Shown here piece by piece: positions 52,676-64,000 of a stretch of DNA of 64,000 bases; positions within the stretch are counted from its first letter, which is position 1; every line of letters begins with the position of its first letter. The DNA comes from Diadema setosum (taxonomy: Eukaryota). The notes beneath the pieces were generated by a model. That model saw only the letters and a program-made list of their open reading frames with translations. It made no database searches and had not been told where the DNA came from. The translations under genes were made by a program, and so were the position numbers. The stretch lies in NCBI RefSeq assembly GCF_964275005.1, contig NC_092698.1, positions 38,728,639-38,792,638 on the forward strand, read 5' to 3'.

Positions 52676-53492
52676 CTGTGTAAAGTAAAACAAAGACCTG
52701 ACATTATCAGACTTACAATTGTACTCCATGACACTTCACTCTCAAAAGAAGATGGGTTAAATTATCCAAGTTGAGTATTTTGAGCATCAATGCTTGAGTA
52801 GAATAGTTGAAGATTCAGAGTTATGCCTTAATCCCTTATCCATTGGGGTATTTTGACAAAAGTTATATCTATCAACAGCCTTGTCATACCTTGTACCAAA
52901 TAAATCCTGATATTGAATTGACAAAACCAACATAGAATTGATTTGAATACTCCTGATCCTCCTCAGCTGTATCCCTATCAAATATATAAATGATGGTATT
53001 ATTCTTCATGTTTCACTATGCTTCACAGAGCATTTCATGACTATCACCCTTTCAAAACAAAATGAAACCATATGGACCTCTGGGCATGAAGACAGGTGCA
53101 AAACTTGCATACATCACGCCTTTGGCACCGTCAATATAAAGACATAAAAAGACTTCACTGTGAGCTCAAGAAAATTTGACAGGAGCAGATAACAATACAT
53201 CAAACACTCTAGAAAATCTTTCACAATATTTTCTCATGATATGCCTGTCACGTGCTGTTAGCACATATTTCATGGCCACATTGCTCAACAAGCTATCGAA
53301 AAAGCACTCAAACAATGAACACATGTCCTGCCATACAATTGAAAGAAATACAATCAGTATTTCTATATTGTCACATGATCAAAATGCATATATCACAATT
53401 TATGATTTTATGTTACATTAATATGACTGCTTGCTATTGGCAGAAAATAAGAGTAAAAGAGGTAGGAAGGTATCTCTTGTTTGTGTACATAC

Positions 53493-53570
53493 CATCAATC
53501 CATCTCATGTCGATGTCAGGAGCTGCAAGATAATACTGATCACACAAGAATCTGGCACTCTCGTAGGCAT
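53493..53570 (-). CDS. Pdk: PDK exon: (D)AYESARFLCDQYYLAAPDIDMRWID(A)
   Basis: Minus-strand acceptor is ttcttttcacccAG and the donor is GAT G|GTATGT. It matches DAYETAKMLCEQYYLVAPELE. Confidence 0.8.
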
Positions 53571-54414
53571 CTGGGTGAAAAGAACCAACAATCATTATAT
53601 TTGACTCATGACATTTGAACGTACAGTCATGGTAAGTTCACAGCTGCATCTCCATGAGCTTATTTTTTAAGATATTAAAAATGTCAGTGTTACAAACATA
53701 CAAATCTATCCTCAGCATCATCAGGAACTGCTTTGCAGAAGACTTGCATCATTGCTGTATCCTTTACAAGATTTTTGTCTTCATTCTCTCAAAGTATCAA
53801 CATTGAGGACATTGGAGAGACAATAGTACTCATGACAATCACAGTGAAGCAAAGTTGATGTCATCTGACTACTGTAAAACAAGGAATATTTGCGTGCATT
53901 TTAATTTTGCAAATTTCGCGAGTGCCAACATTTGCGAAATTAAAATGCACACAGAAGTTCTTACCTACACAATATGCATTGGATGCCAGTGGCAATTCGC
54001 AAAAATTTCATGCTGCGAGAGAGGCTGTCAGCTCCAATTTGTGAAATTTTCATGCCGCGAGTATATCGCGTTTTACAGCATTACACACTGACACCGAGCA
54101 TACTACGTAGAAATGTCAAACTCTTCTCTTCATCCTAGCCATGGTTTGCTGTCTTTCTGAGACTATCATTTTGTGAACGAGTAGAACAGTGCCTACATAT
54201 CACATAATGATTTTTGATGCTGAAGGGAAAAGCAGCAATATTGTTAACATCTCAAATGGTTCAAAATGGACCTAAAATATACCGAACTATTGATTCATCT
54301 TAACCTCTCTAAACATATTTATCCAGTGAGTTGTCTACACATGATAGAAAAGGGAACTACAAGCACAAAAATAAAAGAAACATTCATATACTGGAGGAAA
54401 TGTGATGAGCATAC

Positions 54415-54501
54415 CTCGTATCACTGCTACGACATCACATCTCGGGTCTATACTGCCTATATGCAGAGGGTGTGTCTTGGGTGACCTCCCAAACATCAGA
54501 G
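54415..54501 (-). CDS. Pdk: PDK exon: (T)LMFGRSPKTHPLHIGSIDPRCDVVAVIR(D)
   Basis: Minus-strand acceptor is ttttcttccattcctcatccAG|CT and the donor is CGA G|GTATGC. It matches TLLFGGDTNPVHPKHIGSIDPNCNV..VVKD. A weaker upstream AG (plus 54541/54540) would add 13 in-frame codons. Confidence 0.72.
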
Positions 54502-55556
54502 CTGGATGAGGAATGGAAGAAAAGATTGTGTTTATCAAATCTACGGTCCTGTACCTCCATATACCCAACGCATACCAGTGGCAGATCGGGGGGGGGGGGG
54601 GGGGGGGATAAAGAGAAATAAATAAAGAGAAAAAAGGGGGGATAAAGAGAAATAAATAAAGAGAAAAAAAATGAAATGAAACCCGGAAGTGGCACCAGAA
54701 ACATAAGTTGTGCCACCCCTCCCCCCCCCCCCCCTTTACAGAATTTCTGGATCTGCCCCTGCATACTTGTACAAACAGTCTTTGCTGCTCACTGCTTAGG
54801 CACAATTACAACTTGCTCAAGCATAAAAGTATATGTTCCGCGGTTTGTTATGAATACAACACTTTTAAAGGTTGGCCAATCAAAAAGTGAAGGGGGTAGG
54901 GTTACCATCACAGTCAGTCCCACTGATTTACCTGTAGCCTACAACTGCATTCCAACAAGGGGGTGCTGCAAACAATACTGTTGCTTCTCATGTGCATTCA
55001 TTTTTTTTTTCTCTTTGACAAACATGTGATGCCAAATAACAACCCTTTAAAGATACATAGTCTGCTGTATACAGAGCAGTGTGATGATTGGTGGAGAAGT
55101 TGAATTGCCTCTTTGATAAACCATTCAAACACAGTAAAAATTCACCATTTCTGCTTCATACACAATTAGAAAACAGTAAACCATAAACACCTGAACATTC
55201 ACGTAGGTTTTGCTCATTTGCTTATGTAAAATCTTTTCTGAAAGAATGTTTCAGCACTGTATATCATTTTAACAAAATGCAAAATACAATGTGGACTTGA
55301 ATAGCATCGACATTTTACCCGACATGATTGTGAGTTACTCAAATTAGTTCATTAGCATGGTATCAGTAACTACACTTCTGATCATTCATTACCTACATAC
55401 AACATCACAATGTGATCCAATATTTTTGCATGAAATATATCACAATGGAAATCCTGTGTATGAATGAGAAACTGAAGATGGCAGTGCCTCAAGTCATGAC
55501 AAGATGAAGGTAGTATGAGTGAGAAGTGAAGAGAGGGAAGGCCTGTGTCAACTCAC

Positions 55557-55677
55557 TGTGCTGGTTGATCAGCATCCTGATGCCAATACGTGAGATGTAG
55601 AACCTGTCTAGGAAGTACTGAATGTTGTTTTCTTCATGCTGATCCACCTTGTAGCTCTCTCTCATTTCAAGTACACC
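55557..55677 (-). CDS. Pdk: PDK exon: [40 protein letters not shown](+1)
   Basis: Minus-strand acceptor is ccttgacAG and the donor is CAC A|GTGAGT. The [17 protein letters not shown] motif is diagnostic of PDK rather than BCKDK. Confidence 0.85.
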
Positions 55678-56315
55678 CTGTCAAGGACAGCACATTTATT
55701 AGTACATCAATTACAAAACAACCAATGATGTTGTCAATTACCGGTATGGTATTTTTTAGAAGGCTTCATAATGTATCACAATCTTAACTAAAAATTCTGA
55801 GATTAATGCTGGGAGAACAAATATTTTCAATACAGCTTGAATGACCTTGCTTGTCCTACACAAATACATTATACAAAGAAGTCAGCAGAAGTACTGTAGC
55901 TCAATCATCTAAATTATTTGAAAACTGTGTTCATAGGACTTTCTGTCACCACAAATAAAGCAGTTACTATGACAACAGCTCATTGGACACTCAAAAAACA
56001 TAACTTGCACATAAACCTTCTAAGGTTGTTTATGTGCCAAGTTCAATTTGTAATTAGTCACACTCTTTTAGAACAATTTGCTCACGATTTTTTCCTCTCG
56101 TTTTGATGTGGTTACCATGGTAATGATTGGCCAAACAAATGACAAGAAAGAGAATGTTTTGGATATTAATACCTCTCAGTTGCTAGGTCTATCAAAATAT
56201 TTTGACTACACGAAGCCTGTAGAAGTACGTTACTCTGTGAAGTTTTCTCATGTTGATATTACAATATTGATGACAACATTTAAAAAAAATAATAAAATGT
56301 AAATACTGTACATAC

Positions 56316-56379
56316 CTGTGCCATTGTCTCAACAACATTCATGTGTCGGTTTCGTATTGTTACAAGTTGGTCTGTAAAG
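56316..56379 (-). CDS. Pdk: PDK exon: FTDQLVTIRNRHMNVVETMAQ
   Basis: Minus-strand acceptor is tttctccAG and the donor is CAG|GTATGT. It matches FTDTVIRIRNRHNDVIPTMAQ. Confidence 0.82.
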
Positions 56380-57314
56380 CTGGAGAAAATAAACAAGAAA
56401 TCAATGTGAAAATAACAGATTTCTATCATATTGATTTGTTCACGCGAGATTGTTCAAATAAACCTTTTAGGAAGACACATTTAAAGGACATTGATATATG
56501 TGTTTATATTTCAGTCATAACTCAACCAAAGCATGAACTCCATGCATCTTTAAACAATTGATGTACGAGCATGTAGCGTGCTATAACATGTGAATTGTGA
56601 AGCAAGAAGTACAATGAAAGGTATAAAGTTCAACACACATGCTATAAATATCTTTATCTGACCAGGCCTTTGGTGTGTACATATATGCGTTCAATATAAA
56701 TAGATAATTCTCATTGAAAAATTATTTGAACTTGCTTGTCACATGTACAGACAAGCACAGCTGAGAGTATATACATGTAAAATAACACAAGTACAACATG
56801 TAAGTAGTATGTTGTTTACGAACACATGTGATGTTGGTTGGTTCTCATGGATAAGACAATTTATTTGTCTATAAGATAAGACAATCTATTGGCTGAAATG
56901 CAACAATTCATATCTGGTGCTTTCATTTAAATTACAAACAGTTAAACTGATTATGATTCATGATATCATTATCATTCAAATACCTGGACGTGGATGCATT
57001 TAATAACAAACAATCATGCGTTTATTTAACAAGGATGACTGACAGAACTACAGTATGTGAGGCAGTGACTAACAGTTTGGCCATTTTACTCAGAGTTAAC
57101 CCATTGGCATGGTAACAATTATGTCATAATTGGATGTACATGTTGCATATCATTCAAAGCATTTTAAAGCTACACATATGTACTGATGACGTTCAAATGC
57201 ACATAGATAACAGAGCTGTATTACAATAAGTTAAACATGCTCACACTATAACCTTTTACCAGATGAAAGCATCCATAACACATGAGCTGCAAATGTTCCC
57301 ATTTTCCCCATTAC

Positions 57315-57386
57315 CTTGATATTTGTGATTTATCCTCCTCTGATAGATCGGTGTAGTCAAGCAAGTCTGTAAATGTTTGCTGATAC
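57315..57386 (-). CDS. Pdk: PDK exon: (W)YQQTFTDLLDYTDLSEEDKSQIS(S)
   Basis: Minus-strand acceptor is cttcatacAG and the donor is TCA AG|GTAATG. It aligns to PDK WYIQSLQELLDFKDKSAEDAKAIYD. Confidence 0.78.
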
Positions 57387-60196
57387 CTGTATGAAGATAA
57401 ACAAATTACATTGCACAAGTTGTTTTAGGGGACAAAAATCATAAAATATTTCTCACCACAATAGGAGAGTAGTTTTACTCCTGGATGAAAACAAGAAATA
57501 TTCATAATTAAATTATGAATATTTCTTGTTTTCATCCAGGAGTTATGTATTGCAAGAGTGGACATTTTTGCAGTCAGCCTGTTTTTGATGAATTTTGCTT
57601 GTTTATATTCCCAGGAATAAAAATGTAAAGAGTGTTACATACAAATGTAGTCAAAATGTAGCAAGCAACAAATTTTGAGCATTTTTATTTTATGGTTAGT
57701 TTCATGTTGCATGAAATGCTCAAAAATGTCTACATAGCATTTTTCTTTTTAACTTTTACAGTGTCACAAATTCAAGTTCAAATTGGAAATACTAACAGCC
57801 CTTATCTGACAGAAACTTGATGCACAGTTATCACACGGGATACAACTTCGAACGTCCTTCACACCTCTACATTTTCAAATTGCAAGTGTTCTGCACGCCA
57901 CAAATACAATTAGAAATGAAAGGTTATATCGTATGAGATCACACTGTGATATGTTGCATGCATTGGTACACCCAGTAAGCAGTTCCCCCCCCCCCCCCCT
58001 TTTTACCTCCGCCAAGGGAGGAGGTTATGTTTTCGTTACCGTTGGTTTGTGTGTTCGTTAGTTAGTTAGTTAGTTAGTTTGTCCAAGTGCAAAATAACTT
58101 AAAAAGTAGTGAATGGATTGGGATGAAACTTGCAGGAAAGGTTGAGAATGACACAAGTAACAAACGATTAGTTTTTGGTAGTGATCCGACAATTTTGGGG
58201 GAATTTATGAAGGATTTTTGATATTTTGGCAGGTAGGGTCAATGAACTTGGGAGTTCAGACTGTGCGTATTTGAGGTTTGCATGCGTGCACTAAAGTGCG
58301 TGCTCTAGTTTCTGCTAGGGCGAGGCGCGCCGTGCAGCTGCGGGTTTATGACGTAACAAAGGCTTCTATATTGGGAAATCGGGTGACTTTCAGCACACAG
58401 TGCTATAAGTACGTATGGGTGGAAATCACTGATATCTCTATGGAAGAAAAAGATCAGTGGTGGAAATGAGCTGTATGCTTGGCGGAGGTCTGTGCTCTCA
58501 GAGTGCCTCTCAATTTTAATCTTCAGTAATCTTTTCGTGAAATGAAAAAAAAAAATGTCTATGCCTTAAGTTGTACTAGATAAAAACAATCATGCAACCA
58601 CTGCATGCAGGTAAAGTTGGCAGAGTATCATGCAAAGTTTCATAGAGGCACTCATTTATTTACACTGTAAATGCTAGCAGTGCCAGTTTGTAACAAGGAC
58701 AAATATGACAGTTTATTGACATTGTGTCATGAATAATACATTTAACAGTGGTGACACTTGGTCAAAAACAATCAAATGGCCACGTTGTATGCATACATGT
58801 ACCACAAGAACAGGACATTTCATCTACTTTTGGCCAAGGTCTAGATTTGCTCAGGGATATGTACACTCTAATCACAGATAACAGATAAATGCAGTACAAT
58901 GGAAGAGAACACTTGAATACAGACTTTAATAAGCCAACAAACTTTGGACTCCCTATCATTCTACTCACAGGGACATACATTGCACACTAGGGTATACACT
59001 GTAGTGTTACTGAGTGAAATAAGGCCACCAAACTTTGGTTAAATACGTATCTTTTAGCATGTGATAAAATTGAGGTTCAAGCAGTGTGTCATCAATAAAA
59101 GTACTTTGACAATGTCACTGTTTTTATGTCTAGGTCCCTATTTGGGGGGAAAAAATGTGCTGGAAGCATTGTGCTTTTCAGAAGCTTAGTTCTCCTAACA
59201 TGTGTAAAAAAAGCATGTCATACCGGTACCATTTTTTTGGAGTGACATTTCAGGATCAAATAAACATGTTCAAAATTACAAGCACCTGCTGTAAAATGAT
59301 TGTACAATATTTGTTCTTCTGATAAGAATTCACAAGGTGTTCTTCACCTACCTTTTTAAAGTCATCAAACAACTCGTACATGGTATTATAAAATAGCCTT
59401 CATACTTATGAGACAGGCCGGCAGTGCATGACAAAAGTTATAGAGCACGCAAAATATAATAATTGCAAACGATAACCCACTATCGATGTGACTATCGGTT
59501 TTTGCTCCCTCACTTTAAATCATCGAGTACTTGAATCCCGCATCTTATCGACGTGACTGCGCCACAGCCGCGATATGCTTTGCTCGATATTATCATCATT
59601 CTCGATTCTCGCTGGCTATGCCAGCAACTTATCTGTGTGAGACTAGACTTTCAGCGGTAGATTTAAACATGGAAGCTGAAAACAGCAGGTTCGCTACCTT
59701 TACAGAGACTGATCTATAAATAAACAGCATCTTAGACGATAAGGACACAGAGAAAACAAAGGATGTCATGAAATACGCCCTACGAATTTTGGACTCCTAC
59801 TGTTCTGAAAAAGGAATCAACGGATATTGAGCAAGTCAACCCAAGATTTGTGCTGCTTTCTCCGTACATTCTATGCGGAAGAGCGCCGTGGAAATGGGCA
59901 GCGTATGCACGGTATATAATATGCTAAGCGCTCTTTGATCATGCTACGCTATGAACTTCTACAACGACATTTACAACACACTCTCGGCATTCACATTTGC
60001 AGTAATGGTGACTTCAATGATGGTGACTTGCTACACAGGCAGTTATATTCAATTCGGCCTGCAGCCTCATTGAATATAACTGACCTTCGGGGCAAATTCA
60101 GAATTTGTCGGTGCTTATATTGTTATAGTGCATTCAGCCTCATGCACTACACAGGAGGTAATAGGGGGTGTGAGGGGACTAAATATTTTAACTCAC

Positions 60197-60341
60197 CATC
60201 CTTGCACAGTCCTGACAGACGGCATCTGTAGTAGTTTCTCTGGTAGAAGATTGATTTCCTTCATAATATTAGCTATCCTCACTGGTAGTTCTTGCCGTAG
60301 AAATACATATGACTTGGCAGCATCTGAACTTTGACTTTGAC
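60197..60341 (-). CDS. Pdk: Pyruvate dehydrogenase kinase exon (second coding exon by homology): [47 protein letters not shown](W)
   Basis: On the minus strand there is a very pyrimidine-rich acceptor (ttctttttttctttctattcctcatcacAG) and a GGA TG|GTGAGT donor. [20 protein letters not shown]...PSVQLVQSW is the conserved PDK N-terminal domain. Confidence 0.82.
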
Positions 60342-62389
60342 CTGTGATGAGGAATAGAAAGAAAAAAAGAATGTGTGAAGTTGATAAAAATTGAGAAAGA
60401 TCACAGCATTTTGTTTATTATCAATATTGTTCATAAAAATCATGACAGTAAATACCTGTGGACAAATACTCTTAAACGGAGAAATGTACATGCGTATGTC
60501 ACATTCACATCGAGATCATAGTCAATATTTTCGCGTGTCTTTAATTTCGCGAATAGCACCCGACTCGCGAAATTCACGAAAATAAAAACCTCTCGAAATA
60601 TTTGGCGTATACAGTAATCTAGCAAGTACAATGTAGCAATGTAATACTGTACATATCGTCGCTGGTCACACGAACCGACGAATCCCTCAGGTTTGCATAA
60701 GAATGACAATTCGAGAAAATCGCGTTTGAAGTTAACCCATTTTTGACTTATGGTTGCTACACTTTCTACACTAACTTGTGAAGTTTTTATCAAATTGTAT
60801 TGTTAACAAATAAGCGGGAAATCGTCAAAGAGCTGCATGCATGTATTTTCGGTCTGCAAAGAACGTTGTCATTTCCCATGTGTGTCCATATGTACATGTA
60901 CATTGAGCGTTGTCATTGTCAACGCATGTATTACATAGTACGCGCACTGTGCGCGCGGTCAATGAACTGTTGAATCTCAAAAACTACACGCAAGTCAATG
61001 CGCACTGATTCGTCGGTTCGGTGACCGCGCGTACTAGTACGCGCGGTCACCGAACCGTCGAATCGCCTGATTGTTTAACACACGCGTCTACGGGGAAAAC
61101 AAATAATTTTCACAAATGAAATTACATACTTCTACAAAAGTGATAACTACGTAAAAATTACACCGAATTACACACTGAGAATTTCAGAATATGTAGTATG
61201 GAATGTCTACTATCGAAATGAGTGAAAATCTCAAAATCGAAAATTTGACCCAAAATCGAGTGATTCGTCGGTTCGTGTGACCGGCGACGATATTTACCAT
61301 CAGTAATGTAACCAATTTGTTTGAAAAAAGGAGAAACTAGTGTTGTCTTCACACTGTAGATGCAGTTTTTGTCCAATAATATCTTATACGGTACCTGAAA
61401 TGACAACATGATTCCATCTCTGCAGTGAAAGTATCAGCTCAAAGGCCTACTTTGTATACCAGCAGTTTAATAAATAAAGCTAAATTCATATACGATGTAA
61501 GCATGGCATCAAAAGTAAATTAGCCATAATAATTACAACAGCTACACAAATTTGTAGAAAACAACATTTTAGGCAGATTGTGGCATTGTACAGAAGACCT
61601 TTTAATAACATTTCTTTCAACTTTGCACACTGCGCATGCATGATTGTGTTGATACAATGTATTCTGAACAGCATCACTCGTCTATATTGCCGTACTGCCC
61701 ATACTACAGGAAGAAATGTAACTTGTACACAAGCTACAACATGTAAAGCCAGATGAAATGGAAATGGTAACATGCCCCATACAAAGTTGTGGGTTTTAAT
61801 TGAGGAAGAGTACAATGTATTGCATAAAGTAGCTATCACAATTCTCACAATGTGAAATGATTACTATTTCTACCATGTACACATTAGCTTGTATACCACT
61901 TGACAGGGCGTTTACTGCAAGCTTGACTGGTGTACAACTGTATTGCATAATTCAGAGGCCAGGAAATACAAAAATTGTTATCTTGAAGAACTATTCAAGG
62001 ACAGTAAGTCAATAACCCTAAGCAGCAGATACTCTGTACCAACCATCCACCAATAATTTTTCAGTGTACTGGTAGAATCCTGTACACACTTTTACCTGCA
62101 CATCCATAGATTGGTCATATAAATTACACTATGTACAATGCAAGTGATACTGTGACAGCCACTGGCACTGTATTGACAGGTATCCAACATACTTGGAGTT
62201 GGGGGGGGGGGGGGGCTTGGGTGTCTGTAAATTGGTCCAAATCCAGGAAACTGAACTATTCTCTTTAGAAAGGGGTTGAATTGGAACACTTTGAAAGGCA
62301 ACTGTTACCAATTTACTAAAACTGTCACAGCCTGTCCACGTGAGTACTGATTACCAGTAGATACAACAGTGGTTCACTACACTAAATCA

Positions 62390-62390
<1 letters not shown>

Positions 62391-62429
<39 letters not shown>

Positions 62430-62433
62430 TGTG

Positions 62434-62464
<31 letters not shown>

Positions 62465-62465
62465 T
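62391..62465. repeat. (GT)n microsatellite followed by a G-run
   Basis: gtgtgt...gtgttggggggggggg. Confidence 0.9.
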
Positions 62466-64000
62466 GGGGGGGGGGGAGCATATTTCCATCACACAATAGA
62501 AGCACTCTGTGGCTTACTTCCTGTTACCTGCCTCTCCAACACAAAATAAGTTGGGTCTGTTTTGAAAATCAGTTTGGCATGAACTGCACAGCCAAATCAT
62601 TCACTGTCACCACAAGTACATGTACGTTAATACAAAGTGTGTGTTTACCAGTATAGCAAATCTGTGTAGGCCTACAGTACATGTACATGTAGATGTATAC
62701 GGAATTGTGTTATCCAGTCTGTATTATGTAGTAGATACTGGAACACTACTACAATACTCGCAACAGGGAATTGTGTTACCCAGTCTGTATTATGTAGATG
62801 GTGGAACACTGCTACCACATGTATATCTTTATGTGCCACGTTCGCACGCCCGACTCAGTCGACGGTGTGCCAACTTCGCACAAACCTGCCCAAACCAATT
62901 GATAAATCGCAAAATGCCACAGTACAACAAATGCATTTCTTGTGACTCCATTCCTCTCATATTTAGCTTGCATTTTATGTGGTGACTGACTAGCAATCGG
63001 TGTTCCCTACTGGATTTGCGTGTAAATTCAAAGTTTCTGCCACTGTTACAGGGATGCCAAGTTCAAAAAAGTTTTATGAGTGAGATTTTCATGACTCGGC
63101 ATCTTGGCGAGCGAATGCGCGCGCGAGCGAGGATGTGGGAGGGTTTTTTTCCCCCTGTGGCCTCCCACGGTAGGGAGCTTTTTCAATTTTTCGCTCTTAA
63201 TGATGCGACCAGGTGCATACTTAAGTGACTATTTTCTACTTATTTTGAAAGACAAAAGGAAAATATACCTTCAATTGCAACTATCATCTTAATCTTTTGA
63301 GCTATGCTCATTATTATAGGCCCAAGTTGCAGACTTCGCCCGATGCGTGAGAAAAATGGGTGCCATGCGTGAGATCGTGAGACGGCCCCTAAATGCTTGA
63401 GTCTCACGCAGAATGCGTGAGACTTGGTAGCTCTGCTGTTATTGTGTTTTTTATATCTTTTTTTTCCCTATTGTCTAACACCAGCCCCTAGGGAATATCA
63501 TTTTTGTCATTTCAGGTTCAGTGCTGGTGTAAGCATTCTCTTGCCGTGCGAGACCTACGATGTACATTCACTTCTATAATAGATGCACGTTTTACGTGCA
63601 AAGTCTACTTTGTATGCTGATGCAATGTTCGCCTACATAATGTACACGAACACTCCAGACATGGCTATACAGATACAAATTATGTACAAATCCGAGCCTG
63701 GAAGCAAAGTTAAGATAATTGTGTTTTAAAGAAAGGATGAAATTTGGGGCATTTTAATGAGTTTTCTCGTACCTGTACATGTATGTGTCTAAAACTAAGC
63801 AGTCATGGCCACATCTTTTGATATTTGACTTCGACTACGTGTATGCGCCATCACTTTATTCGTCGCACAATTCCCACGGACTTCGTGGTACAAGTACCAA
63901 ATGCTAGCACCCAGTGTTGGGATCAATAATTTGATTGGTATTGCTTCATCAATCTGACCATCGGTGTTAGAGCTAGATATAAGGCTGTTATTTGGGGGCT

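Noticed and set aside
54335-54805. 156-aa and 109-aa minus-strand ORFs
   Set aside because: Only the short stretch ...ALMFGRSPKTHPLHIGSIDPRCDVVAVIR is real PDK exon. The rest is translation of G/C-run and ATAAAGAGAAA repeat sequence (poly-P/poly-F), i.e. intron.
63943-63951. Minus-strand ATGAAGCAA (MKQ), checked as the missing PDK presequence exon (homolog motif SPSPLSMKQ)
   Set aside because: The surrounding frame reads IDEAIPIKLL..., with no SPSPLS or FLDF context and no phase-1 donor. The real first exon is presumably beyond 64000.

Overview
This window is metazoan (animal) nuclear DNA, not prokaryotic. It is AT-rich, full of microsatellites, non-autonomous transposons and long GT-AG introns. 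It carries two convergently transcribed, multi-exon protein-coding genes, both read by eye from conserved peptide blocks and splice signals.

(1) + strand, ~4.5-30.9 kb: a histidine decarboxylase (HDC, group II PLP-dependent decarboxylase) ortholog. I resolve 12 coding exons. The peptides are near-identical to Drosophila Hdc and human HDC ([49 protein letters not shown] with the PLP-binding lysine, [49 protein letters not shown]). The protein ends in an acidic tail. The initiator exon is not securely located.

(2) - strand, ~60.3-43.4 kb: a pyruvate dehydrogenase kinase (PDK) ortholog. I resolve 11 coding exons ([21 protein letters not shown] ... [20 protein letters not shown] ... HIGSIDP ... 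VYVPSHLYHIMFELLKNAMRA ... [25 protein letters not shown] ... [16 protein letters not shown] ... LLPIYNSAVSRYYKT). The 5' exon encoding the mitochondrial presequence lies outside or at the very edge of the window.

Between and inside the genes: a long GC-rich open exon-like block (33076-33764) encoding an acidic low-complexity peptide; it may be an alternative HDC 3' exon or a separate gene. Three copies of a ~760-bp piggyBac-like MITE flanked by TTAA. A second MITE with 25-bp terminal inverted repeats (TIRs). Two foldback elements near the 5' end. Two tRNA-derived SINE-like copies. A LINE reverse-transcriptase C-terminal fragment with a satellite tail. A 1.1-kb intronic tandem array whose units each carry DR1/DR4-type nuclear-receptor half-site repeats (TGACCTTTGACC), inside the PDK gene. 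A GTTGCCGAC-type palindromic repeat cluster in an HDC intron. Many microsatellites and G/C homopolymer runs.

No rRNA or CRISPR arrays; no canonical tRNA gene. All coordinates were derived by hand and should be confirmed with a splice-aware protein-to-genome aligner.
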